From the IMG/VR virus record IMGVR_UViG_3300029985_000017, positions 32,001 to 96,000 of that record: a stretch of 64,000 nt of DNA. One strand, 5' to 3'. A program made the position numbers and the translations under genes. The notes beneath the pieces are model-generated. The model saw only the letters and a program-made list of their open reading frames with translations, was not told where the DNA came from and made no database searches. Position 1 is the stretch's first letter; every line of letters starts with the position of its first letter. Positions 48,928 through 57,550 of the stretch are shown piece by piece. Source of the DNA: a virus.

Positions 48928-49022
48928 AGGGTTTCCGAGTAGGCAGGAAGTAAACGATATTTAATCGTCCAGCGGGTAGGGAAACCAGACCCGGTAGCCA
49001 ATGATGATATCGGCCCTTTTTT
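48928..49022 (+). ncRNA. candidate structured RNA element (three-way junction, GAAA tetraloop, 3' U-run)
   Basis: GC-rich intergenic island; CCGA/TCGG, GGC/GCC, ACGAT/ATCGT, CGGGT/ACCCG and GG-GAAA-CC pairings. Confidence 0.4.
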
Positions 49023-49034
49023 ATAGAGGTTAAA

Positions 49035-49253
49035 ATGCTTGGAATTTATTTAGATCTACAAATAGGATTGAAAACTATTAGTTTTGAGATTCACCCATTG
49101 TCTTGGACTTTAAAACCCTATAAAGCTGGTTATACTGACCCTGATTTTGATGTTAATATGGATTATAATATTTTTTATAGTTTTTTGTGTTTTAGTATAA
49201 GATTTAAGAAAAGAATGGATTTGTCACAGTTTTTGATTGACAAATCAAAATAG
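49035..49253 (+). CDS. hypothetical protein
   Basis: 72 aa, GAGGT SD. Confidence 0.5.
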   Translation: MLGIYLDLQIGLKTISFEIHPLSWTLKPYKAGYTDPDFDVNMDYNIFYSFLCFSIRFKKRMDLSQFLIDKSK

Positions 49254-49265
49254 ATGGGTTAGACT
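49237..49265 (+). promoter_or_regulatory. sigma70-type promoter (leaderless)
   Basis: TTGACA-17-TAGACT, 6 nt before ATG 49272. Confidence 0.7.
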
Positions 49266-49271
49266 CTTAAG

Positions 49272-49805
49272 ATGAGCGACGAACTTCAAAAAGATCAAAC
49301 CATAGTTCTTCCACCCTTTGGAAAATCACCACAACTAAGATTAGAAATGGGAGCTATTAGAGAAGCTGAAATTCGATTGATTGAAGCCAAAACCGTTAAT
49401 CCTTCTACCTATCCCGATCTTAGTCACTGCTATAACGAGTCATATCGCGTGCTTAAGACGCATTTGAGTAATATTGGATACCAGATTAATATGGCAGATA
49501 AAGCCTTAGAAGAGGCTAAGGCAGATATTATTTTAGGCAGCTATGCTGAGTTTTTAAAAGATAAGCCAAAGTCCGCAGGAAATGCGGAGCTTAGGAACGC
49601 TTTTCTCATTAGAGATCCCGCTTACAACGCAGCCTTGGACCGCAAAAATCAACTTTTGGCTATCCAATCAAATTTCGAAGGCAAGATTAAGGTTTTGGAA
49701 AATGTAGTTTCGTTTATGAAACAAAAAATGTATTTGATTAGTCGCTCTGGTTTGAGCAATGAAAATCTATATGTAACCAGTGGAAAAGGAAATAAAAATG
49801 GCTAA
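49272..49805 (+). CDS. possible UvsY-like recombination mediator
   Basis: All-helical 177 aa (AELRNAFLIRDPAY...KVLENVVSFMK) immediately upstream of recA and near SSB. Confidence 0.4.
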   Translation: MSDELQKDQTIVLPPFGKSPQLRLEMGAIREAEIRLIEAKTVNPSTYPDLSHCYNESYRVLKTHLSNIGYQINMADKALEEAKADIILGSYAEFLKDKPKSAGNAELRNAFLIRDPAYNAALDRKNQLLAIQSNFEGKIKVLENVVSFMKQKMYLISRSGLSNENLYVTSGKGNKNG

Positions 49806-50847
49806 TAAATGGCTTTCGGATTTGAAGAAACTAGATTCAGCAGTAGATTTTGATTACGATAGTTATGCACCTGAGAACTGCTTTTACACGCCTTCCCCCT
49901 ATCTTAACTGGCTAACTGGTAATAAGGCCAATGGATTCCCCAAGAATAGTAGTATCCTATTCTTTAGCGAACCAAAATCTGGTAAGAGCTTCCTTTGTCT
50001 TTCTATGATTGCCGAGATGCATAAGCGAGATCCTGAAGGTATTGCAGTTTACGTATCCACAGAGCTTCGTGGTCAACTTCAGGCCATTAACTTTCCTGGA
50101 GTTGATCCAGATCGTGTTTTGATCATAGACTCTAATGACCCTGTAGAGATCTTTGATGAGCTTTTAGATCAAAATCTTAAAGCAAAAGTTCAAGATGGCA
50201 TGCCTTTAAGAATGATTATTTTGGACTCTGTAACCGGTATTTTGGGAGTTAAGAGAAAAGCTGCTGAAAGCATTGAACAACATCTTATTGGCGATTCCGC
50301 GTTGACTATCGGCAATGCAATGCAAAACATTGTACCGTGGTGTAAGAGGAACAAGATCATGCTTATTGGTACAGCTCAAATTCGTGCCAATATTGACTCT
50401 AATCCTTATGCTGAAAAGACCAAAATGCAAGCTAGTTTTGCTGTTAAACATGCTTTTGAATACTTCATTAGCGTTAAACGAGCTAATGCTGCTGACGACA
50501 AAAAAGATCTAGAAGGTAAAACCTTTGAAGATGAGATCAAGGATGCTAGGGGAAACAACTTAATCAACGCCCACAAAGTTTATGCCAAAGTTGAGGGTTC
50601 ATCTATTGGTCCTGCAGGTCGTGCAGGTGTGTTCACCATTTCTTATACCCATGGATTAATCAATCAACACGAAGAGACTTTTTTCTTGGGCACCACTACT
50701 GGTGTTATTAAAAAGGAAGGAACCCGTAATTATTTCTTCGACGATAAGAAATGGTCTTCAAAAGGCGATTGCGCCAATGCTATTAAAGATGATCCAAAAT
50801 TGGCTGCCGCTATTCTGGAGGAAGTCCGTAAGTTAGACGATAAATGA
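49798..50847 (+). CDS. recA: RecA/UvsX recombinase
   Basis: SEPKSGKS, YVSTE, IILDSV, AQIR. Confidence 0.85.
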   Translation: MANKWLSDLKKLDSAVDFDYDSYAPENCFYTPSPYLNWLTGNKANGFPKNSSILFFSEPKSGKSFLCLSMIAEMHKRDPEGIAVYVSTELRGQLQAINFPGVDPDRVLIIDSNDPVEIFDELLDQNLKAKVQDGMPLRMIILDSVTGILGVKRKAAESIEQHLIGDSALTIGNAMQNIVPWCKRNKIMLIGTAQIRANIDSNPYAEKTKMQASFAVKHAFEYFISVKRANAADDKKDLEGKTFEDEIKDARGNNLINAHKVYAKVEGSSIGPAGRAGVFTISYTHGLINQHEETFFLGTTTGVIKKEGTRNYFFDDKKWSSKGDCANAIKDDPKLAAAILEEVRKLDDK

Positions 50848-50870
50848 TATAAAACACCAAGGACATAAAA

Positions 50871-51857
50871 ATGCCAAAAGTTGAAAGACCTGCAGCGGGC
50901 GTTAAAAGAATCAATTGCAAAGAAGAATTTGAAAGTTGCTATTTAAGGCACCAATATATTCGTAGGGCCAAATACAATCCTACTAGGGAAGAAATGGAAC
51001 CCTATAACTTTATTATAGAAAAGTTTGCCAGAAACACGTTCTATACGTATAAAAATCTATTTTTATTGGTAGGTCTTGATTTAGATGATGTTACCAATGC
51101 TGCTCAGGTTCATCTAATCAGTTATCTTGGTTTATTCGCATTGGAACGTAATCCCAAAAAATTGTCTGATTTCAAGAAACTGTTTAAAAACCGTAATTCC
51201 ATTAGATGTTCTAAAGAAGACCTGCTAAACAAGAATAAGGCTAACTTTACTTGTTTCATTAAACAACGCCTTGAAGACATGGTTAGGGTATGTCGTCAAA
51301 AGGCTAAAAATATTAAGGGATTGCGCCCAGAAGAGTTTATTGTATTTAAAGGTACAAAACAACCTCCCAAAGATATTGAGGACTTGCTAGAAAACCACGA
51401 AAAATATGAGTACCATCCAGTAGATGCTTCGGTTTTTAAAACTATTAAAAGGCGTATGAAAGATAAGCAGGAAGGGCCTGTATACCTTTGCAATGAACTA
51501 TGGTACGTTTGTGTTCCTATCAGAAAAAAAATGCTTAGTCTTACCGATTTTGCTTGCAAAAATTATGACCCATATGATAATCTACATAACATGAATCCAG
51601 AAGAGATTTATGAAGTCACTCAAGAATCTAGCTGGGAAGCTAAATGGTTAGAATTTAGTGTGTTAGAAGATGAAGATAAAGTTAAGATTGTAGAAGATTT
51701 TATTAAAGAAAACAATAAAAATCCTAAGTTTAAAGAAGAATTAAGAATCGCACGAAAATTTCTTGGCACAGAGTTTAAAGAAGGCAATCCTAAGAAAGTT
51801 ATAAATACTGTTAAACAGTCTGAATTGAGCATTAAAAATGGATCATCCAACATTTGA
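50871..51857 (+). CDS. hypothetical protein, possible divergent sigma-like factor
   Basis: LDLDDVTNAAQVHLISYL...NFTCFIKQRLEDMVR resembles sigma region 2; preceded by ATGATATA. Confidence 0.35.
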   Translation: MPKVERPAAGVKRINCKEEFESCYLRHQYIRRAKYNPTREEMEPYNFIIEKFARNTFYTYKNLFLLVGLDLDDVTNAAQVHLISYLGLFALERNPKKLSDFKKLFKNRNSIRCSKEDLLNKNKANFTCFIKQRLEDMVRVCRQKAKNIKGLRPEEFIVFKGTKQPPKDIEDLLENHEKYEYHPVDASVFKTIKRRMKDKQEGPVYLCNELWYVCVPIRKKMLSLTDFACKNYDPYDNLHNMNPEEIYEVTQESSWEAKWLEFSVLEDEDKVKIVEDFIKENNKNPKFKEELRIARKFLGTEFKEGNPKKVINTVKQSELSIKNGSSNI

Positions 51858-52446
51858 AGAGATCGTAAGGGCTTGGGCCTTAGATTATGATGACCGCGTA
51901 CCCTCTGAAGGAAGGGAACGTAGGGAGGCCTTTATAGTTTTGTTAGGCAATCTAGCAGACCATGGCTTCCTTAAAGAAAGTGTTGATAGTTCCAAAAAAG
52001 AAAAGATTGTTCGCTCTTGTGTAAACCCTAATCATAGGGACAAAAAGAAACTTAAAAGTTGGATTTCAATGGTTGTAAACGACCTTGAAGCCGCGATGCT
52101 GGTTTACTATGGAACTGTCAAGATTCGTAGAGATGTTTTAACCCAAGAAATGTCTAATAAACTTGATGGGATGGCTAAAAAAGCTGAAGAAACTAGAGCT
52201 TTGAGGACACCAGATAGTGAAGAAGATTCTGAAGAAGATAATGTAGAGGAGCCTTTTAATTTAGATGGCATCCCTTTGGATATAAGTTCTAGCGCGATTC
52301 CTTTAGACTTTTCGGAAAAGCCTAAGACTAAAAGTGACCCTAAAGTAGTAGAGATGACTGATGAAGAGTTTGACGAGATAGACGGACCCGAACCAATTTG
52401 GGATACGGAACTCATGGAGAAGCTTGGGGTTAAATTAGATGAGTAA
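51838..52446 (+). CDS. hypothetical protein with acidic C-terminus
   Basis: 202 aa, operonic. Confidence 0.6.
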   Translation: MDHPTFEEIVRAWALDYDDRVPSEGRERREAFIVLLGNLADHGFLKESVDSSKKEKIVRSCVNPNHRDKKKLKSWISMVVNDLEAAMLVYYGTVKIRRDVLTQEMSNKLDGMAKKAEETRALRTPDSEEDSEEDNVEEPFNLDGIPLDISSSAIPLDFSEKPKTKSDPKVVEMTDEEFDEIDGPEPIWDTELMEKLGVKLDE

Positions 52447-53593
52447 CCCAAAACCTATCTCTGAGGCTTTAGAAAAATTCAATGCTTCTTTAGAAAAAGA
52501 CAAAGAATTGGATAAAAAGAAAGAAAGTCTTAGAGAAAAGAAACTCATAGTAGATGATCACAAATATACTAATGAACTTGAAAAAATCAGACAAAATGAA
52601 TTGGATCTAAAAAGAATTACCGATTCTAATGTTGGTATTTTAGACGAAGAAAAGATTCTCAAGATCCAAGAAGAAAATAGAAACTACCTTAATAACCTAA
52701 ACGATTCTTTGGTTTTTCTAGATCCAAAGCTAACTAAACTAATTAGTGCATGGCCAGGAAATCTTATCTTGGTTGGTTCCTGCACCAATGGCGGGAAAAG
52801 TACATTAACCGCCAATTTGATGCTCAAGACTATTGGACAAAAGAGAGCAAGTGATGGAAAGAATAGAACGGTACTTGTAATCTCAAATGAAGAGTCACCT
52901 TATAGTGTTTATAATAGGTTGACTTGCTTAGTTAGAGGTTATAATTTTAATGATATTGATAATTTTACCCAAGAGCAAAAGGATGAATTAGTAGAATACG
53001 TCGGTAGATGGGCCAGACTTGGCATCACTGTCATAGAAGATGACGGACACGGACTAACCACTAGTTTAGAGGGTATCCAATCTATTTTTCAGAATTTATT
53101 CAAGACAAAGACCTGGTATGATATGGTGATTTTGGATTATATTCAAAAGGTTACCAATAGTAAGAGGGCAAATCTATCTGATTGGCAAGTAATGCTTAAA
53201 ACCATGGAGTGTTTGGATATTTACAAAAATACTTATCCAGCACCAATCGTTGTAACCTCGCAATTAAAAACCCAAACAAAAGACGGTGATAACAATGATA
53301 TGGACTTTAAAGAAAGACTGTGCGGACGAAAAGATATACTTAATCCGTGCACAGTTGGTATTGAACTAATACCAGATAGAGAACTTTCTCGTTCTAGATT
53401 CGTTCTTAGAAAAAGTCGTTATAGAGGCGAAAAAGTAGGGAGATTCCATGATATGGGATTTGAAAATGGTAAGTTCGTGCCTTATAGCGATGAATTTAAA
53501 GCTAAAGTAGCAAAAAAGAAAGAAGATAGAGAGTATAAAGATAGCCTTGGTAAGCACGGAATAGAAAACAAAGAAACAAAGGAGCAAGTATGA
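52439..53593 (+). CDS. dnaB: DnaB-like (SF4) replicative helicase
   Basis: GSCTNGGKS, ISNEE, ILDYIQ, TSQL, KSR. Confidence 0.82.
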   Translation: MSNPKPISEALEKFNASLEKDKELDKKKESLREKKLIVDDHKYTNELEKIRQNELDLKRITDSNVGILDEEKILKIQEENRNYLNNLNDSLVFLDPKLTKLISAWPGNLILVGSCTNGGKSTLTANLMLKTIGQKRASDGKNRTVLVISNEESPYSVYNRLTCLVRGYNFNDIDNFTQEQKDELVEYVGRWARLGITVIEDDGHGLTTSLEGIQSIFQNLFKTKTWYDMVILDYIQKVTNSKRANLSDWQVMLKTMECLDIYKNTYPAPIVVTSQLKTQTKDGDNNDMDFKERLCGRKDILNPCTVGIELIPDRELSRSRFVLRKSRYRGEKVGRFHDMGFENGKFVPYSDEFKAKVAKKKEDREYKDSLGKHGIENKETKEQV

Positions 53594-53964
53594 CACATGA
53601 ACAAATCCAAGAATTGAATAATTTGAGTATGGCAGTTTTTCGTAGCAAGAGCAAATGGCGTAAGATGGTAGAACAAGGGGTAGCAGAACTTGTGGTGGAA
53701 GATACGACCAGGTTGACATCGGATGGTACTGAAACTACCGTCAAGACTGCTAAAATGCATGTTGGAGCTAAAGGTGGAGAAGTACCCCAATATACTTTGC
53801 AACGGTATACGCCTGAATCTGTTAAGGAATTTATGCTTAAAGTTATATATGAGCGCCAACTATATTTTGATGCCATTAGAAAAGTTAAGGAAAAAGAAGA
53901 AGAAGATCTTAAAAAAGAACTACAAAAACAAGCTGTTGAAGAAGCCTCGGGAACATCAGTTTAA
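53590..53964 (+). CDS. hypothetical protein
   Basis: 124 aa, AGGAG SD, ATGA overlap. Confidence 0.6.
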   Translation: MTHEQIQELNNLSMAVFRSKSKWRKMVEQGVAELVVEDTTRLTSDGTETTVKTAKMHVGAKGGEVPQYTLQRYTPESVKEFMLKVIYERQLYFDAIRKVKEKEEEDLKKELQKQAVEEASGTSV

Positions 53965-53966
53965 AC

Positions 53967-53995
53967 TTGACTTTTATAAATCCTCGGGATAAGAT
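53967..53995 (+). promoter_or_regulatory. sigma70-type promoter (leaderless)
   Basis: TTGACT-17-TAAGAT; implies start at ATG 54002 rather than 53996. Confidence 0.65.
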
Positions 53996-54001
53996 ATGGG
54001 T

Positions 54002-54871
54002 ATGGAAGATTTAAAAACTTTCTTAAGCCTAATGTTTGATCCCGAGGACACAGTAATAGTCTCAGATTCAAAATTTTCAATGCATGCAGTACCATTGCCC
54101 ATGGTTTTTTCTGGGGAAGTAACCTTAGTACCTTCCAGTCAGAACATGCAAATTAAAAAGGTTAAATCAGATCAGTTGATCTTTGCTGCCCTAAATCCTA
54201 CTAAAGGTTTTAGAAAAGATAGTAATTGTTATAAACTAAGAAATTTCTTGGTTGAAATGGATAATTACGAAAGAAACGCTCAAATTCAATATATCAAAGA
54301 GACAGGTTTACCATATTCTGGTATGGTCTGGAGCGGTTCAAAATCAGTTCATACTTTAGTATCATTAGAAGAAGATACACTAAGCGAAAAAGAATACCGC
54401 ATACTATATAAATGGATGCTTAATATCGTAGCCCTATCAGACCAAGCTTTGGGCAATCCCTCTAGGAGCATAAGGTTACCTGGAGCTATTAGAGCTGAAA
54501 CCGGTAATATACAGGAGCTTATAGAGCTTAAAACCAGGATTAAATTAGAAGACTTCATGGTTTGGCTTAATCGCTATCCAGATTTAAGACCAAAAGTAAA
54601 GGAACATAAAAAACACTTGACAAATGGTTTTGACTATGAGAAGCTAAGTCTATGGGCCACAGCTCAATTTAAGAATGGAATAGATTTTACTAACGGTAGA
54701 AATAGGGCTTTTTTTAATCTTTCTTGTGATTTGTATAGTAGCGGCCTTACAGAGGATGAAGCGGTAGAAGTTTTGAACCAATATTTTATAGAAGAGCATG
54801 ATTTTAGAGAAAAAGAATTTTTAAAGACTATATCTCAAGCATATAGTTTTATGGCAAATAAAGGCAAATGA
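54002..54871 (+). CDS. AEP/RepB-like primase with PriCT-like C-terminal domain
   Basis: FLVEMD, SGSKSVH, D...NPSRSIRLPG; C-terminal GRNRAFF. Confidence 0.75.
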   Translation: MEDLKTFLSLMFDPEDTVIVSDSKFSMHAVPLPMVFSGEVTLVPSSQNMQIKKVKSDQLIFAALNPTKGFRKDSNCYKLRNFLVEMDNYERNAQIQYIKETGLPYSGMVWSGSKSVHTLVSLEEDTLSEKEYRILYKWMLNIVALSDQALGNPSRSIRLPGAIRAETGNIQELIELKTRIKLEDFMVWLNRYPDLRPKVKEHKKHLTNGFDYEKLSLWATAQFKNGIDFTNGRNRAFFNLSCDLYSSGLTEDEAVEVLNQYFIEEHDFREKEFLKTISQAYSFMANKGK

Positions 54872-55368
54872 TGAAACGTGATGATGAAATCAACAGATTA
54901 ATCAAATATGCCCAAGGGCTTAACACTATGGTTAAGTTCAAGCAAGTTAAAGGTCCTAATTTAGATGCTGCCGAGTGGAATATAGATGGATCGGAAATAA
55001 CCGTATACACAAAGCCTAAAACTGCAAAAATAGATATCGTGCTTTGTTTAATTCATGAGCTAGGGCATCAACTAGAACACATTCATGGTAATAATAGAGA
55101 ATTAGATGAAAAACTAGATGAAGCTTTGGAACCAGAAGAAGCCAATAAAAAACATCGTAAAAATCTATATAATTGGGAACTAAAAGGATCGACTTGGTGG
55201 GAAACCATATATAAAGAAACTGATTGCCAATTTAATATAAATAGGCTTTATAAAGAAAAAGAATACGATCTATGGCAATATGTTGTTTATTGCGAAAAGG
55301 GTAAATTTCCAACACATAGCGAAAAAAAGAAAAAACGTAAAGAGCTTAAAAGTAAATACAAAGTATGA
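54868..55368 (+). CDS. HExxH metallopeptidase-like protein
   Basis: LIHELGH...WE. Confidence 0.6.
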   Translation: MMKRDDEINRLIKYAQGLNTMVKFKQVKGPNLDAAEWNIDGSEITVYTKPKTAKIDIVLCLIHELGHQLEHIHGNNRELDEKLDEALEPEEANKKHRKNLYNWELKGSTWWETIYKETDCQFNINRLYKEKEYDLWQYVVYCEKGKFPTHSEKKKKRKELKSKYKV

Positions 55369-55952
55369 GCGAATATCTTGAAGTAGAATGCAAATATAAT
55401 GCGGACGGAATAGATCGCATGGTTTTCAAGGACCTAGCCAAAAGTTTGGGTCCTAAACGCTTTATGTATGTAGAATCTACTGATATTTATTATGTTAAAG
55501 GCGAAGATGAATTTTTAAGATACAGGATGCCATCTGAAAATAAATTAAATGGAGACGAAGAAAATAGATCTGAACTTACTTTTAAGAAGAAGCATAAAGA
55601 AGGTAATAATTGGGTTAGAACCGAAGTTAATCTTAGGATTGATTTAAATAAACCAGAGTTAGTTAATGCCTTTTGCGAAGGTTTGGGTTATACAAAGAAT
55701 TTTTCTATTTGTAAAAGTTGTGATATATATTTTTGGGATGACGCTGATATAGTATTTTATAGCGTTAAAGGCGAAGATGGCAAATATGCCCACTATCTTG
55801 AAATTGAAGCCAATGAAGATATTGGGATGACCTCAGAACAAGCGTGGGAAGTTATCTTGAAATATGAAAAACTTTTAGCTCCACTAGGAATTACTCCACA
55901 AAAACGTAAAAAGCTATCCTTATTTGAAATGTATAAAAAGGACATCAAATAA
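55365..55952 (+). CDS. CYTH-domain protein (class IV adenylyl cyclase/triphosphate tunnel enzyme)
   Basis: LEVECKY (ExExK), DIYY, LRYR, ELTFK, RTEVN, YLEIE. Confidence 0.85.
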   Translation: MSEYLEVECKYNADGIDRMVFKDLAKSLGPKRFMYVESTDIYYVKGEDEFLRYRMPSENKLNGDEENRSELTFKKKHKEGNNWVRTEVNLRIDLNKPELVNAFCEGLGYTKNFSICKSCDIYFWDDADIVFYSVKGEDGKYAHYLEIEANEDIGMTSEQAWEVILKYEKLLAPLGITPQKRKKLSLFEMYKKDIK

Positions 55953-56215
55953 TGTCAGATATAGAAGATAAGCATCAAAAAATAGCTGCTAGAGTAAAGA
56001 ACCTAGCTAGAAGCCACGACGCACACTTGACGCCCATGGGAGATGTTTTATGCAATTTATTCTCCTTTGTTCTAATGGATTTGTATAGTTTTGCTGAAAC
56101 GTTGCCGGAATCCCATAAAACTAACCTGTTAGAGTTAATTAAGAGTAAAGAAGATTTTCCAAGAAATATTATTGAACTCGGAAACAAAGTTAAGAAAAAA
56201 GATAAGGGTGTTTAA
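55952..56215 (+). CDS. hypothetical protein
   Basis: 87 aa, coupled on both sides. Confidence 0.6.
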   Translation: MSDIEDKHQKIAARVKNLARSHDAHLTPMGDVLCNLFSFVLMDLYSFAETLPESHKTNLLELIKSKEDFPRNIIELGNKVKKKDKGV

Positions 56216-57195
56216 TGAAGCAAGAATTTTTATTGGGGTGGGGTGATCCCATTTGCGTTAGACAAGCTCTTGTAGAAACACTAGACAAGGAAAGCTTTTC
56301 GTTTGCTAAAATTAAACTAGATAAAATGGGATATCCAGATCATTATGGCGCTCCTAGCCTAATTGAGCGGCTAAAAGATTTGGAATTAAGGCAATCTGGA
56401 CATAGACCAAAGCACCTATTTATTACTTGTGGAGCTACTGGCGCATTAAATGCAGCCTTGCACGCTTTAAAAACCATTCATACCGATTGGGTCGTGACCA
56501 ATAAGAGATACTTTCCTATATACCCAACTATTGTTGGGTTAACCGATATGGTCATGATTGACCGAGCAAAAAAAGAAGAACTTTGTAATAAAAGTAACGG
56601 ATGTAAGGAACACAACTTTATAATTTTAACTGATAGTCCAAGTAATCCAGAGGGTATAGTCTATCCCTTTCATAATGTAGATATCTGGGATATGGCATAT
56701 GCATCAAGTACCTATAGTAGGGGTGGCCATGTGCCAGCAAAATATGGGATCGCCTGTGGGAGTCTTTCCAAAACCCTAGGATTGGCTGGACTCAGATTGG
56801 GATGGGTCAGTACTGACGAAGACCTATTGGCAGACAGTTTGGGCAATTATGTAACAGCCACATATGTAGGGTTATCTTCGGCTTCTATGGCCATAGCCGA
56901 ACAAGTTATTTCAGAATTAGATTTCTATCTGTTTGAATCCAAATCTCGAAGTTATCTAGACGACAACAGGGAAGAAATTCAAAAACTTTTGACAAAATTT
57001 GGACAGGGTTTTGTTCCTGTTAATGGTATGTTCGCTATATTAGAATTGGGTAAATTAGAAAGAAAAGCTTTAGAGAAAGCCAATATCAAATGGCAGTCAG
57101 GATCTTCATGGGGAGAAACCGATGATTGGGCCAGATTAAGTTTAGGCCAGACCAGGGAGATCACTAGGGCGGCAGTTAAAGCGGTCTTAAAATGA
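56215..57195 (+). CDS. PLP-dependent aminotransferase class I/II (alliinase/TAA1-like features)
   Basis: GWGDP, GATGAL, SPSNPEG, WDMAY, SLSKTLGLAGLRLGW, ARLSL. Confidence 0.85.
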   Translation: MKQEFLLGWGDPICVRQALVETLDKESFSFAKIKLDKMGYPDHYGAPSLIERLKDLELRQSGHRPKHLFITCGATGALNAALHALKTIHTDWVVTNKRYFPIYPTIVGLTDMVMIDRAKKEELCNKSNGCKEHNFIILTDSPSNPEGIVYPFHNVDIWDMAYASSTYSRGGHVPAKYGIACGSLSKTLGLAGLRLGWVSTDEDLLADSLGNYVTATYVGLSSASMAIAEQVISELDFYLFESKSRSYLDDNREEIQKLLTKFGQGFVPVNGMFAILELGKLERKALEKANIKWQSGSSWGETDDWARLSLGQTREITRAAVKAVLK

Positions 57196-57287
57196 TTGAC
57201 GATTTTATTGTAACAGTAGTTTACTTCATCGCTTTAAACGGTCTTGGATTTGCTTTCTTGGTATACATAAAAGAGATATTTCTATGA
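57192..57287 (+). CDS. 31-aa single-TM peptide
   Basis: MIDDFIVTVVYFIALNGLGFAFLVYIKEIFL; ATGA overlaps with both neighbours; not in ORF track. Confidence 0.55.
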   Translation: MIDDFIVTVVYFIALNGLGFAFLVYIKEIFL

Positions 57288-57514
57288 TTACTCCTGAACA
57301 GCTAATCAGAGATTTGCAAAAAGAAAATGAACGACTTAAAGAAGAGCTTAATCAAACTCAATCGGATTTAGAAGACTTCGAGTCTATGGCCAAAGTTTGG
57401 ATGCAGTCTTATAACGAAGAAGTTCCAAAACTTAAAAAGCGAATTATGGAATTAGAACAAGTTGTAGAAGAGCTAGACAACGAACTAAAAGAAAAAAGAT
57501 CCGAACCAAATTAA
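57284..57514 (+). CDS. coiled-coil hypothetical protein
   Basis: 76 aa with heptad pattern. Confidence 0.6.
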   Translation: MITPEQLIRDLQKENERLKEELNQTQSDLEDFESMAKVWMQSYNEEVPKLKKRIMELEQVVEELDNELKEKRSEPN

Positions 57515-57527
57515 TGATTCGGATCTT
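57492..57527 (-). terminator. intrinsic terminator between convergent operons
   Basis: AAGATCCGAA (57496-505) / TTCGGATCTT (57518-527), with a U-run on the minus strand. Confidence 0.7.
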
Positions 57528-57550
57528 AATTGTTTTAATCAAATATTAAT

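Noticed and set aside
48928-49022. tRNA, or hammerhead/twister ribozyme
   Set aside because: No T-loop GTTCRA or cloverleaf; no CTGANGA core or twister consensus recognisable
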